DNA from: Staphylococcus phage Machias
Sequence record: MW349128.1
Direction: 5' to 3' (one strand)
Length of the DNA stretch: 64,000 bases
Shown here: positions 1-10,149 of the stretch, one piece after another
Numbering within the stretch: position 1 is the first letter of the stretch
Layout: the number at the start of each line of letters is the position of its first letter
Made by a program: the position numbers and the translations under genes
Notes under the pieces: model-generated
Databases searched by the model: none
What the model saw: the letters and a program-made list of their open reading frames with translations, nothing else
Told to the model about the DNA's origin: nothing

Positions 1-530
1 ATTCATTAGTAGTCGATTCATTGAATCCTAAAAAAGATTCTATACCATTAATATTCATTACTAATTACCTTAAAGATATTGCAGTAAGTACTAATGAACT
101 TCTTTCAGTGGCGTACAATAATTCATTCAAGATTGATTTTGATTTAACTGACAAGGATTTCTTTATTAATGTTTATAAAGGTAATGGTACTGAATTACAA
201 GACATTAAAGAAGCTTCTCAAGGGGAAACAGCTTTAACTAATATTAGTTTATCATTATCATTATTAAATAAAGTTTCACAAGATTATAATATTCTTTATC
301 TAGATGAAATGGATGCAACATTAGACTCTAATAATCGTAGAAGATTTGTTGATGTTATTGATAAGCAAATTGAATTAATGGGATTAGAACAAGTATTCTT
401 AATTAGTCATAATGATGAATTTTATAGTTCTGATATTGATTTAATTTTGCTTAAAGGATATGAAAATAAGATTGATATTAATGATGAAGAAATGATGCAA
501 GGTAAAAATGTATTGTTTAAATTAAATTAA
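1..530 (+). CDS. SbcC/Rad50-like recombination ATPase, C-terminal fragment (gene starts upstream of window; frame is open to position 3)
   Basis: ABC-ATPase signature-like SQGE, Walker B ILYLDEMD, H-loop ISHN in the order expected for a Rad50/SbcC/T4 gp46 C-terminus; ORF is open to the window edge. Confidence 0.6.
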   Translation, partial: SLVVDSLNPKKDSIPLIFITNYLKDIAVSTNELLSVAYNNSFKIDFDLTDKDFFINVYKGNGTELQDIKEASQGETALTNISLSLSLLNKVSQDYNILYLDEMDATLDSNNRRRFVDVIDKQIELMGLEQVFLISHNDEFYSSDIDLILLKGYENKIDINDEEMMQGKNVLFKLN

Positions 531-551
531 ATTTGAAAAGGATGTTTTAAA

Positions 552-695
552 ATGAATAAAAAAAGACTATTAATATCTACTTTAATGACTATTGCAATTG
601 CTTTACCACTTAACGTATTCTTTGAACATTTAAGAACTAGATATCAGCAAGATGATATAGACACAGTTGATACAGAGAAAGAATTATTCTTATAG
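552..695 (+). CDS. small hydrophobic protein (47 aa), hypothetical
   Basis: ATG at 552 with AAAGGA about 10 nt upstream; predicted N-terminal hydrophobic stretch MNKKRLLISTLMTIAIALPL; below the ORF-track length cutoff, found by reading the sequence. Confidence 0.25.
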   Translation: MNKKRLLISTLMTIAIALPLNVFFEHLRTRYQQDDIDTVDTEKELFL

Positions 696-705
696 TTAAT
701 CAAAC

Positions 706-750
706 ATGCCAAACGATTCTAATCGAGTCGTTTGGCATTATATTTTTAAT
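706..750 (+). terminator. rho-independent terminator (ATGCCAAACGA...TCGTTTGGCAT hairpin plus T-run)
   Basis: Perfect 11-bp inverted repeat followed by TATATTTTTAATTTTTT. Confidence 0.55.
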
Positions 751-813
751 TTTTTACAAAATTGTAATAACTAGCAATTATGAAATAACTTGAATTAGGA
801 GGAATTTTTAGTT

Positions 814-1282
814 ATGGGTCGTTTTATAAAATCAACATATTTGAATAAAAAAGAAACATCTAATAAAAAAGAGAAAGTAGTAATGGTTGTTAAGGAAGAA
901 GATGGAACTAAGAAACATATGGAAATAGTAGATCCTATGATGCATTATTATGTAACTAAAGATGAACATTGGTTACCACCTAATATAGTTGTAGGTTCTA
1001 TGGCTAAAGAAAAAGTTAGAACTGTACACTGTAAACATAAAGATGTTATTAAATCTATAGTTAGAGAAGCAGGTAATGCTCAAGATAAATCAGAATACGA
1101 TAGAATATTATCTTCAGGTAATTATGAAGAGTTTAGAAAATTAAAAGATTTTCATTTAATGAATAATGTTCATGGATCTGATATTAATATTGAAGATTAT
1201 AATATTAATGAGTATATCAAACAAAACTTAGATAGTAAAGTTGGAATTGATATATGTCTATTTGATATAGAGGTAGATGGAT
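814..1282 (+). CDS. family B DNA polymerase, exon 1 (N-terminal domain plus Exo I motif FDIEV)
   Basis: RBS AGGAGG at 797. ...ICLFDIEVDG ends at the proposed 5' splice site after T1282. The spliced junction reads DIEVDG-F-PEPGMAE, which parallels T4 gp43 DIEVTGDKFPDPMKAE. Confidence 0.65.
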
Positions 1283-2070
1283 CGCAAACAGTTGGGTTAA
1301 TTTAGGTAGCTCAATTAAAAAATTATTAATTGCTGAAAAGTTTAAAAATAATCAGCATCACTAATTTAGTGTTCAACGACTAAATATAATAATATAATTC
1401 AAATATACTTCCTTTATAAAAGGAGGAAAATAATGAAAGAAATATGGAAAGACATTAAAGATTTTGAAAATTACTATAAAATATCCAATACTGGTAAAGT
1501 TAAATCGGTTTCAAGATATGTATATAATGATTCTTTAAAAGGTAAAGATAAAAGAATGCTTATTAAAGAAAGAGTATTAAAAACAAGAATAAATAAAAAT
1601 GGTTATGAAGATGTTCAATTATATAGAAATAATAAGAAGCATACAAGAAGAATACACCGTTTAGTTGCAGAGAATTTTATCGAAAATAAAGATATTGATA
1701 AAAATGTAGTTAATCATATTGACGGTAATAAATTAAATAACAATTTATCTAATTTAGAATGGATGTCAGTATTAGAAAATAATTTACATGCTATAGAAAA
1801 TAATCTTCATAAAACTGATAAAATGGAAGAATCATTAAAAAAGAGAAGAAAACCAGTAGCACAAATAGATAAAGAAACAGATAAAATTATAAAAGAATAT
1901 GAAAGTGCTAAATTTGCAGCGGAAGAATTAAATATAGATAGAAAAGGAATACAAGCAGTTGCAAATGGTTATAGAAATAGTAAAACTTACAAAAATTTTA
2001 AATGGAAATATATTTGAATTTAAAAGATATAGTCTAATCTTTATACAATTGTATAAAGTTAATATAAATG
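1283..2070 (+). mobile_element. group I intron 1 of polB (about 788 nt) carrying an HNH ORF in the loop between the R and S elements
   Basis: P element TAATTGCTGAAAAG (1327), Q AATCAGCATC (1352), R GTTCAACGACTAAATAT (1373), S AGATATAGTCTAATCT (2028), terminal ...AATATAAATG with omega-G at 2070. The splice restores the frame (t + tc = TTC Phe). Confidence 0.65.
1433..2017 (+). CDS. intron-encoded HNH homing endonuclease (NUMOD4-like N-terminus plus HNH)
   Basis: Strong RBS AAAGGAGGAAAATAATG. N-terminal WKDIKDFENYYKISNTGKVKS motif. HNH core HRLVAENF...VNHIDGNKLNNNLSNLEW. Confidence 0.85.
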   Translation: MKEIWKDIKDFENYYKISNTGKVKSVSRYVYNDSLKGKDKRMLIKERVLKTRINKNGYEDVQLYRNNKKHTRRIHRLVAENFIENKDIDKNVVNHIDGNKLNNNLSNLEWMSVLENNLHAIENNLHKTDKMEESLKKRRKPVAQIDKETDKIIKEYESAKFAAEELNIDRKGIQAVANGYRNSKTYKNFKWKYI

Positions 2071-2360
2071 TCCCTGAACCAGGAATGGCTGAAATTAATA
2101 TTATAACTGTAGTTGATTGGAGTAAACGTAAATGTTTAACATTTGCATTAAAATATGATACAGATAATTATAATGAAGTTATGACAGATAAAACTAAATT
2201 AATGGAAGATCTAAATAATATTTATAATAATAAAGATAGCGAGATTGGAGAAGATTTAGGTTTAGAATTTGAAATATATGAATTAGATACTGAAATGGAA
2301 ATTATTAAATCATTCTTATACTATATTAATGAAATTAGTAAGCCTGATATATGTACGGCT
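2071..2360 (+). CDS. family B DNA polymerase, exon 2 (region between Exo I and Exo II)
   Basis: Open frame FPEPGMAEINIITVVD... up to ...PDICTA. Joins exon 3 to give ICTA-WNLDFDFATIF, an Exo II-like ITGWNxxxFDxxY context. Confidence 0.6.
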
Positions 2361-3447
2361 TGAGAAACACACTGGGTCGTGTAAAACCTTTTTAATTGCT
2401 GGAACGTCCTTATTGCTTAGTGAGCTACAACGTGACTGGTAACGGTGAGCGTGATATGCTTAAAAATCATTAAGATTGGATAATCAGCAGCGAAGACTCT
2501 ATAAATCCTTTTCAAGAAAGGATGATTAATATGAATTATAAACCGAAAAATAAAAAGAAAATAACCAATGAAGATTGGAAAGAAATTGTCAAAGAATTAG
2601 GTAATGATGAATATGAAGTATTAGGAGATTACCTGGGTACAAAAAACAAAATTGAAATGAAACATAAAATATGTGGAGAGACATTTTTTATGACACCAAA
2701 TAATTTTAAAATAAGTGAAAATCGTTGTCCTATCTGTTCTATAAAGAAAGTTTCAGAAAAACGTAGGAAGAAGACAAAGGAATTAAATGAAAAAATAAAA
2801 GAAGTTCTTGATGATTCTTATGAATTTAAATTGAACGGTAATGAAACTGTTCATAATAAAATAAAAGTAAAACATAAACAATGTGGAAACGAATACAGTG
2901 TTTTAATAAGACATATAATTTATGATAAAAATAAATGTAGTAAATGTCAAGATTTTGTTAATTCAAGAGATGAAAAAGAAATAAATAAATTCCTTATAGA
3001 AATGGGCGTAGATTTCGAAAGACAATATAAATTTGAAGATGACAAAGTAAAAAATCTTAGATTTGACTTTGCAGTTTTTAAAAATAACGAAATCAAACTT
3101 ATAGAATTTGATGGTGAATTTCATTTTAAAGAAAAATTTGGTGGACCAAAAGCATTTGAGAAAGTAGTATACAATGACTATCTCAAAAATAAATTTTGTT
3201 TTGACAATAACATAAAATTACTTAGAATACCTTATTGGGAAAGTAATAATAAAAAAGAAATAATAAAAAGGTTTATAGAGTAACGTTCAACGACTATCGA
3301 AAAGTGAGCATTATGTCGAGAGGACCTATTGCAATATAACTGAGTAGAGTACACTTTTAATTAAGTGGAAAAAGAAGGGTATGTAGAGTAACGTCTATAT
3401 ACAAGATATAGTCTATCTTTCAATAAAATATATTTTATTGAAATTTG
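2361..3447 (+). mobile_element. group I intron 2 of polB (about 1.09 kb) carrying an endonuclease ORF between the Q and R elements
   Basis: P-like TTTAATTGCTGG (2391), Q-like AATCAGCAGC (2478), R GTTCAACGACTA (3288), S AGATATAGTCTATCT (3405), 3' hairpin CAATAAAATAT/ATTTTATTG. The 5' part is near-identical to the intron in the beta gene at 32400-32578 (minus strand). Boundaries are accurate to a few nt. Confidence 0.55.
2522..3283 (+). CDS. intron-encoded homing endonuclease, two zinc-ribbon modules plus an EDxHD/Vsr-like (PD-(D/E)xK-type) nuclease domain
   Basis: HKICGETF...CPICS and HKQCGNEY...CSKCQ modules; C-terminal RFDFAVF...IEFDGEFHF (E-D-x-H pattern). The alternative ATG at 2531 has better SD spacing. 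Confidence 0.55.
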   Translation: MINMNYKPKNKKKITNEDWKEIVKELGNDEYEVLGDYLGTKNKIEMKHKICGETFFMTPNNFKISENRCPICSIKKVSEKRRKKTKELNEKIKEVLDDSYEFKLNGNETVHNKIKVKHKQCGNEYSVLIRHIIYDKNKCSKCQDFVNSRDEKEINKFLIEMGVDFERQYKFEDDKVKNLRFDFAVFKNNEIKLIEFDGEFHFKEKFGGPKAFEKVVYNDYLKNKFCFDNNIKLLRIPYWESNNKKEIIKRFIE

Positions 3448-4389
3448 TGGAATCTAGATTTTGACTTTGCAACTATATTTGAAAGAATTAAAGTTAATGG
3501 AGAAGATCCAGCTGATTATTTCTGTTCTAAAGATTTACAAGATAAAAAAGCTTATTATAGATTAGATAAAAACGCTACAGATGCAGCTAATAGATCATCT
3601 ACGTTCGAAACTAACTCATACACTAACTGGATTGACCAATTAGCTTTATATGCAAATGTAAATAAACCAAATGGTGTTATGGAATCAGTTAAGTTAAATG
3701 ATGTTGGTGAAAAAGAAACTGGTATTAAGAAAGATGTATATGAAGGATCTATCTCTGATTTACATTTTAGAGATTATTATACATTCATTCTTTATAACAT
3801 TAAAGATACTGTATTAACTGCTTTAATAGAAAAGAACACTAATATGTTTGATTTATTATTCTCTATTGTAGATATGACTAGAACTAGACCAAGTAAAGCA
3901 CTTAAGAAAACTATTTGTTTAAGAAATCGTAGTTCTGTCTTCTTTGAAAATCAAGGATATGTATTAAGTAATAATCACTCTAAAATACTATCTGATCCAA
4001 ATGCAGATAAAATACGTGGTGGATTTGTAGCTAATATGACATTAATAGAACGTATGGGTGATATTTTAGTTAAAGGTAGAGATATTAGATCTAATAGATT
4101 ATTTAGTAATGTTTGTGACTTTGACTTGAGTTCACTATATCCTTCTATTATTAGAGGATTTAATATAACACCTGAAGGGCATATAGGTAAAATTCAAATA
4201 CAAGATAAATCTACAATGACAGTTCCTAAGTATGAAGAAGACAAATTAAATTACGACTTTAATACTGAATTTATTAGTAAATTTAACAGTCAAGATAGTG
4301 TAGCATTTGCTCAAGAATTTCATGGTTTACCTCCATTGAATATTGCAGCTAAGAAAGTATCTGATAAAATAAAAAGTAAAGGAGCTTAA
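3448..4389 (+). CDS. family B DNA polymerase, exon 3 (Exo II/III region plus palm motif A DFDLSSLYPSII); gene ends without motifs B/C
   Basis: WNLDFDFA (Exo II-like) and CDFDLSSLYPSIIRGF (motif A, DxxSLYPS). Stop at 4387-4389; no KxxxNSxYG or YGDTDS downstream. Confidence 0.65.
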   Translation, partial: WNLDFDFATIFERIKVNGEDPADYFCSKDLQDKKAYYRLDKNATDAANRSSTFETNSYTNWIDQLALYANVNKPNGVMESVKLNDVGEKETGIKKDVYEGSISDLHFRDYYTFILYNIKDTVLTALIEKNTNMFDLLFSIVDMTRTRPSKALKKTICLRNRSSVFFENQGYVLSNNHSKILSDPNADKIRGGFVANMTLIERMGDILVKGRDIRSNRLFSNVCDFDLSSLYPSIIRGFNITPEGHIGKIQIQDKSTMTVPKYEEDKLNYDFNTEFISKFNSQDSVAFAQEFHGLPPLNIAAKKVSDKIKSKGA

Positions 4390-4392
4390 CCT

Positions 4393-5178
4393 TTGAGTAT
4401 TTTAATTGAAGAAAGTAAAATAGTAAATAAATTAGTCATGACTTTTGAAGAAATTTCTAAATTATTTAATAATATTGAAAATGGAAGTAAATTGATAGAT
4501 TTCAAAAATAATGTATTTACTAATGGTTCTAATTTAGAAACTATACCTAATAATGTTAATGTACAAATTAAAGAAGATAATCCAATTTATGATTATCTTC
4601 TTCCAATTGAATATTGTAGCTTTAATGTAGAAGATTTTATACAGGTTAGAACTAATAAAGCTGATAAAATTATTAAAGTAGAATTCTTTAATGATGAAGA
4701 TAATAAAGGTATTAAGTTTACTAGAGAATCTGATTTAGAAACAATTATTGATGATAAAGATTATTATATTGAAGAGAATATTAATGAAGAATATAATTAT
4801 ACAGAGGATGCTATTAAATTTCTTAAAGAATCAGATCCTTTCTATTCTTTTAATTTAGATGAAAAATCTTTATTATATATTAAAGAATGTAAACCTTCTG
4901 AATTCTTTAAATGTATATTTACTGAAAATGAAATGTTTGTAAGAGAACCGTATTATATTTATAATGAAGATGATTATTTAATTGATTTTAGAACTTCAAA
5001 GAAATATCTATTAGGATTAAAATATAAAACTACAAAAGGAAATATTGTTTGTCCTGAAGTTCATGTAGATATCTTTGCTCCGGAAACAGATGTATATAGT
5101 GAATTTATCTTACTAAAATTTTCAATTTCTCAAGATAAATTTATAGCAAATTTAGATTTTTTGATTTATAATATATAA
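4393..5178 (+). CDS. hypothetical protein (261 aa), TTG start
   Basis: GGAG 10 nt upstream of TTG 4393; no recognisable motifs. Confidence 0.45.
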   Translation: MSILIEESKIVNKLVMTFEEISKLFNNIENGSKLIDFKNNVFTNGSNLETIPNNVNVQIKEDNPIYDYLLPIEYCSFNVEDFIQVRTNKADKIIKVEFFNDEDNKGIKFTRESDLETIIDDKDYYIEENINEEYNYTEDAIKFLKESDPFYSFNLDEKSLLYIKECKPSEFFKCIFTENEMFVREPYYIYNEDDYLIDFRTSKKYLLGLKYKTTKGNIVCPEVHVDIFAPETDVYSEFILLKFSISQDKFIANLDFLIYNI

Positions 5179-5203
5179 TGTAAGGAAAAATTCTAAAAAG
5201 GAG

Positions 5204-7687
5204 ATGAAATGGAATTTGGCTGAAGAAAATAATAAAATAAATAATTCTTTTAATAATTTAGATAAAGACATTATTAAAAGTTTAGATCCTGAAGAAAATC
5301 CTAAAATACTAGGAAATAGTATTAACGATTTTAATAAAAGATTACCTAATATAAGAAGAAAAACTAGTCATAGAGATGAAAATGGTGGAGATTTATTATC
5401 TTTAGGTGCTAAAGTTACTGCCAAAGAAATGAGTAACAGTAGAAAGAATAAAACTGTATCTAAAGATGAGAGACAAAACTTTGTTAATGATTTTATTAAA
5501 GAGAATATAGATGATCAAGATTTTAGTACTGAAGTAGCTAGAATATCTAGATATGACGATTATCGTATTATAGATAAATTTATACCAGAAATTTCTGCTA
5601 GTATAGATGTATTCTCAACTTCAATTATAGCTCCTGATGATACTAGTAAGTTATCATTAATGTATAGATATAAATCTGACATTAATGAAAATAATGAAGA
5701 GAATAGAAAAGTTAAAAGAGAATTAGATCGTATTGTAGAAAAATACGATTTAAATAAATTAATATATCCTTCAGTAAGAGAAGGACTAATGTTAGGTGAT
5801 CTTTTCTATATTATTAAAGATACTAGAAAAGATTTTGAAGAAATACTTACTGAGAACGATGATGTTTTAGGTAGAGAAAGTTCTTCTGTTGATGATGCTA
5901 AAGTTATTAATGAATCATTTTTAGATGAAGAAATTAATAATGAAGACTTGGATATTTTGCTTAAGGAATTAAATAATCATATTGATGAAGGATCAATATA
6001 TAAAGATGAAAAGAATGTTAAATTACAAAAAGAAAATTTTAAAAATGAGATTCTTAAGAGTATTAATGAAAATGTAGAATTCTTTAAAAATTCTTCTGAA
6101 TTGCTTTCTGATGTTGGTAAATATAAAGGATCAAATGACCTTCAATCTTTCTTAGATAAAGCTCAAGGAAGTAACAGAGATAAAAAGATTAAAAGTGGAA
6201 CTACATACTTCCGTAATGTAAATCCTGAAGATATGATTAAATTAGAAGTTGATGGTTTATGTATTGGTTATCTTTATATTGAACCTGATTCTGGTACTGA
6301 TATTAGAGGAGGAGCAAATCCTTTATTAAGTGCTATGAACGGTATTATGGGAGATGGATATCAAAAACAATCCCAAATGGGTTCTATGCCAAATGGAATG
6401 GGAATAACTAATTTAGATCCTGTTACAGGTAATTCAGCTACAGGAGGAACAACTACTAATTCTAAAAATCCAAATGCTGGAATGAATGCTACATCAGGTT
6501 CTTACTTTGAAAATGGTAATACATTGATGGCTTATCAAGGTCTTGTAGACGTAATGGTTAAAGGTATCGCTCAAAAAATCGATATGGATTTTGTAAATAA
6601 AAATGATTCTTTTAAAGATGTTATATATCGTTTAATACGTAAAAATTATATTATTGAAAATGGTATTAAATTGACATACTTAGAACCTGAAGAAGTTGTA
6701 CATCATAAACTTGATAGTCAAAAGACATATGGAGTTTCAAGATTATATAAATCATTATTCTTTGCTAAATTATATTTAAGTACATTAATTACTACTATGA
6801 TGGTTAAAATAAATCAGTCAAGAGACAGACGTGTATTTAGAGTTAAATCTGGATTAGATGATGATTATGAAGGTACTGTAGAAGAAGTTATCCGTAATGT
6901 AAGATCTAGTGAAATGTCTTCTGGTATGTTTGGAGATGGAACATCAGTTCAAACAATGTTTAACCAAGTAGGTAATTTAGAGAACATGTACATTCCTGAG
7001 AATAAAGATGGTAATACACCTTTAGAAATAGATACCATTTCAGGTATTCAAATTGATATTAATGATGAATTCTTAGAATGGCTTAAGAAATCCGTTATTT
7101 CAGGTACAGGAGTACCTTTAAATTATATTGATTCTGAAGCTGAAACTGATTATGCAAGATCATTAGCAATGCAAAATAATGGATTTGTAAGAAAAGTAGT
7201 TAACTATCAAAATTCATTTGGAGATTTCTTTACTAAAGTATTAAGACGTTTATATTATTTAGAAAATAAAGAAACTAATAATGACAAAGATTATGAAGAA
7301 CTATTAGGAACTGTATCAGAAATAGAAGCATATTTCCCACCACCAGTATTTTTAAATTTAGGTAATTTAAATGAAGAAGTTGGTGCAGTAACACAAATGT
7401 TAGATTTCTTAGTTCCTTTATATACTCCAGAAACTGAAGACGAGACTGAAAATGATAAACTTAAGAGATTATTTAGGAAAGAATTAGTAACACAAGAATT
7501 TATGTCTAATTTATCTTATGATAGATTTGAAAATATTATTGAAAATGTTAAAAAAGATATAGAAAAAGATAATAAAGAAGATGAATTATCGAAAAAATCT
7601 GGCGATGATTCATTTGGTTCTGATGACAATGCAGGCGATGATTCATTTGGTTCTGATGATAATTCAGATGATAATAGTGATTTTTAA
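5204..7687 (+). CDS. hypothetical large protein (827 aa) with Gly/Asn/Thr-rich low-complexity segment and acidic DDSFGSDDN repeat tail
   Basis: RBS AAAAGGAG; long ORF; internal GANPLLSAMNGIMGDGYQKQSQMGSMPNGMG... low-complexity region; C-terminal DDSFGSDDNAGDDSFGSDDNSDDNSDF. Confidence 0.5.
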   Translation: MKWNLAEENNKINNSFNNLDKDIIKSLDPEENPKILGNSINDFNKRLPNIRRKTSHRDENGGDLLSLGAKVTAKEMSNSRKNKTVSKDERQNFVNDFIKENIDDQDFSTEVARISRYDDYRIIDKFIPEISASIDVFSTSIIAPDDTSKLSLMYRYKSDINENNEENRKVKRELDRIVEKYDLNKLIYPSVREGLMLGDLFYIIKDTRKDFEEILTENDDVLGRESSSVDDAKVINESFLDEEINNEDLDILLKELNNHIDEGSIYKDEKNVKLQKENFKNEILKSINENVEFFKNSSELLSDVGKYKGSNDLQSFLDKAQGSNRDKKIKSGTTYFRNVNPEDMIKLEVDGLCIGYLYIEPDSGTDIRGGANPLLSAMNGIMGDGYQKQSQMGSMPNGMGITNLDPVTGNSATGGTTTNSKNPNAGMNATSGSYFENGNTLMAYQGLVDVMVKGIAQKIDMDFVNKNDSFKDVIYRLIRKNYIIENGIKLTYLEPEEVVHHKLDSQKTYGVSRLYKSLFFAKLYLSTLITTMMVKINQSRDRRVFRVKSGLDDDYEGTVEEVIRNVRSSEMSSGMFGDGTSVQTMFNQVGNLENMYIPENKDGNTPLEIDTISGIQIDINDEFLEWLKKSVISGTGVPLNYIDSEAETDYARSLAMQNNGFVRKVVNYQNSFGDFFTKVLRRLYYLENKETNNDKDYEELLGTVSEIEAYFPPPVFLNLGNLNEEVGAVTQMLDFLVPLYTPETEDETENDKLKRLFRKELVTQEFMSNLSYDRFENIIENVKKDIEKDNKEDELSKKSGDDSFGSDDNAGDDSFGSDDNSDDNSDF

Positions 7688-7695
7688 GATATAAA

Positions 7696-7736
7696 AATAA
7701 TTGAATAATGGTTTATTACAAATCATTATTCAATTA
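7696..7736 (+). terminator. terminator-like hairpin (AATAATTGAATAATG...CATTATTCAATTAT)
   Basis: 14-bp inverted repeat directly after the stop of the 5204..7687 ORF. Confidence 0.4.
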
Positions 7737-7747
7737 TATATTATAAA
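7735..7747 (+). promoter_or_regulatory. early-type promoter-like motif TATATATTATAAA
   Basis: Member of the recurring TTTAAATATATATTATAAAA family; 47 nt upstream of the 7794 start. Confidence 0.4.
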
Positions 7748-7793
7748 CATGTAACAATATTTGATTTATTTATACTTAAGGAGAGATTAGGAT

Positions 7794-9710
7794 ATGAGTG
7801 AAGAAAAGTTAGTTTTGGATTTAAAATTGGGTAAATATAATAATTATTTACATTCAGATAATTATTATGAAATAATAGAAGAATTAAAGCAGGATATTAT
7901 TAATAACCCTAAAGATAGAATGAATGACTATTTTGAAGATAATATTTCTAAAAGTAATTATTTAACATTATTAATTTTAGGAAAACCTTTTAGAGAAATG
8001 AATAAGAAATTTACAGAAGAGTATTTAGTTAATCCAACTAATATTAATGAATACTATGATTATTTTGATAAAATTGTAGTGAACTTTATTAAAGAAGGAC
8101 ATGATCCTATTAAAATCAGTCAATCAATAGCTTATATCATTGATGAACTTACTATATTCTCAAATGAATATATTCTTCCTGTAGATGGACCTTCTATATC
8201 TTTATATGATATTATGAGATTAGCTAATGAAGATAAAGAAATTGAAAGATTAATTAATTTTGATAATGATGATATTGATCCTAATTTAACTTATCAACAA
8301 ATTATTAATGAAGTTCAAAAACCTAATATGGATAATCTTATTAAACATATTAAGATGGATAAAGAAAATGATTATAAAACTTTCTTAGAGTCAGGAACAG
8401 GTATAAATAAAATACAATTGAATGAGGTATTAAGTTTTGTAGGATTTAAACCTGATATTCGTGGAGATGTTGTTACTGATATTATTGATACTTCATTTAT
8501 GCGTGGATTAAAGAATACAACTCAATTTGCTATTGATGCAGAATCTTCTTTAAATGCATTAATGAACTCTAAGAATAAAGTTAGAGAATCAGGATACTTA
8601 AACCGTAAGATTACATTATTAACTTCAGATTTAAAACTATCAGATAATCATGATTGTGGTAGTAAGCATTTACTTTACTTTAATGTAGATAGTCAAGAAA
8701 AACTAGATCGTATTAATGATAGATATTATTATGATGATAACGATCAAGAATTTAAATTAATTGATAGTAGAAATGATGTTCATTTAATAGGGCAAATTGT
8801 ACCATTAAGATCTCCTATAACATGTGCTGAACCAAATGGTAAAATATGTCAAATGTGTTATGGAAGAAGACTATATGATATTAATAGAAATTTAGCAGTA
8901 GGTATCATAGCTACATTACAGTTAACAGAACCTATGACACAGAAATTACTTTCAACAAAGCATCTTCAAGCTGTTCAACTTTCTGAATTCTCATGGTCAG
9001 ATATATTTAATGAACACTTTGAATTCTCTGGTGATAATATTATTCCTCGTGATGAGAAAACTAAAGTTATTATAGATGATATGATTATTAATGAAGATAT
9101 TGATTATGGAAAATATAAAGCTAAATCATTTAAATTTAAAATAGGTACTAAAGTACATGAAGTTAAATCACCTGTTATTCTTAGAATACCGGATCAGAAA
9201 TTTGATTCAATTGAAAAATTCTACAATGAAGATGAAAATGCTTATGTATTTAATATGAAAGATTTAGGAGAGAATTTCTTATTTAATATTAAAATTAAAA
9301 ATGAAGGTGTCGCAGATCCACTTCTAAAAATTCGTTCTATATTAGAAAGAAGTAATTTTATTAAGAATGATTATGAAGAAAAAGATTATCAAAGAATGTT
9401 TAATGATGTAATGGATCTATTATTAAAATCAGGTACAGATGTTATGTCAGTTCATGTTGAGACTATTATTCGTAATATGGTATTCTTAAATGATACTATA
9501 TATAAAGATAGAGTGAAATATAAAGATCCTGACTTTAATCCTAAAATTACTTTACGTAATGTAGGTAACTCTATATTAAATTCACCTTCACCAGTACATT
9601 CATTGATATTTGAAAATGTTCGTGCTCAGCTTACTACAGATGAAACTAATGGATTCTTCAGTAAAGATGATGAATCTATGTTCGATCCGTTATTTGATTT
9701 TGATATTTAA
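7794..9710 (+). CDS. multisubunit RNA polymerase beta-prime C-terminal-like subunit (unsplit copy)
   Basis: RSPITCAEPNGKICQMCYGRRLYDINRNLAVGIIATLQLTEPMTQKLLSTKHLQAV aligns by eye with bacterial beta-prime region G ([23 protein letters not shown]...[26 protein letters not shown]). Confidence 0.75.
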   Translation: MSEEKLVLDLKLGKYNNYLHSDNYYEIIEELKQDIINNPKDRMNDYFEDNISKSNYLTLLILGKPFREMNKKFTEEYLVNPTNINEYYDYFDKIVVNFIKEGHDPIKISQSIAYIIDELTIFSNEYILPVDGPSISLYDIMRLANEDKEIERLINFDNDDIDPNLTYQQIINEVQKPNMDNLIKHIKMDKENDYKTFLESGTGINKIQLNEVLSFVGFKPDIRGDVVTDIIDTSFMRGLKNTTQFAIDAESSLNALMNSKNKVRESGYLNRKITLLTSDLKLSDNHDCGSKHLLYFNVDSQEKLDRINDRYYYDDNDQEFKLIDSRNDVHLIGQIVPLRSPITCAEPNGKICQMCYGRRLYDINRNLAVGIIATLQLTEPMTQKLLSTKHLQAVQLSEFSWSDIFNEHFEFSGDNIIPRDEKTKVIIDDMIINEDIDYGKYKAKSFKFKIGTKVHEVKSPVILRIPDQKFDSIEKFYNEDENAYVFNMKDLGENFLFNIKIKNEGVADPLLKIRSILERSNFIKNDYEEKDYQRMFNDVMDLLLKSGTDVMSVHVETIIRNMVFLNDTIYKDRVKYKDPDFNPKITLRNVGNSILNSPSPVHSLIFENVRAQLTTDETNGFFSKDDESMFDPLFDFDI

Positions 9711-9721
9711 TAATTGATTTA

Positions 9722-9751
9722 ACCAAACTCTAATTAACTTTAGAGTTTGGT
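9722..9751 (+). terminator. rho-independent terminator (ACCAAACTCTAA/TTAGAGTTTGGT)
   Basis: 12-bp perfect stem followed by a T/A-rich run; overlaps a TATATTATATAAAA promoter-like motif at 9751..9764. Confidence 0.5.
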
Positions 9752-9786
9752 ATATTATATAAAAATTACTAAGGAGGAATTTAAGT

Positions 9787-10080
9787 ATGATTAATGAAGA
9801 AAATATTTTTAATGATAATTTATTAGAGAAGTTTCATTATGATAAAGATGAATTACTAAAGGTGATATTTAAAAATTGTGATGTGGTATTTGACAATATT
9901 AATGACGATGGTGAACGAAATATATATTTAATTTCTGATGCTGATATTAATGATAAATATGTACTTTCATTCTTATTAACTAAAGATGATATACCTGTAT
10001 CTTCACATAGTTTTTCTATTGAAGATATTTATGAGTTTGAAGATTTAAATAAAAAGATAATTAGAGAAATTAATTCGTAA
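9787..10080 (+). CDS. hypothetical protein (97 aa)
   Basis: RBS AAGGAGGAAT; no motifs. Confidence 0.45.
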   Translation: MINEENIFNDNLLEKFHYDKDELLKVIFKNCDVVFDNINDDGERNIYLISDADINDKYVLSFLLTKDDIPVSSHSFSIEDIYEFEDLNKKIIREINS

Positions 10081-10149
10081 AAAATTAAAAATTTATAATA
10101 ACTGATAGATATAAAATTTTAAAATTATATAGAATGGAGAATTTTCAAT

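Noticed and set aside
4393-5178. The 4393..5178 ORF as the missing C-terminal part of the B-family polymerase
   Set aside because: No KxxxNSxYG or YGDTDS motifs, no intron core elements between 4389 and 4393, and an independent RBS/TTG start. Kept as a separate hypothetical gene.
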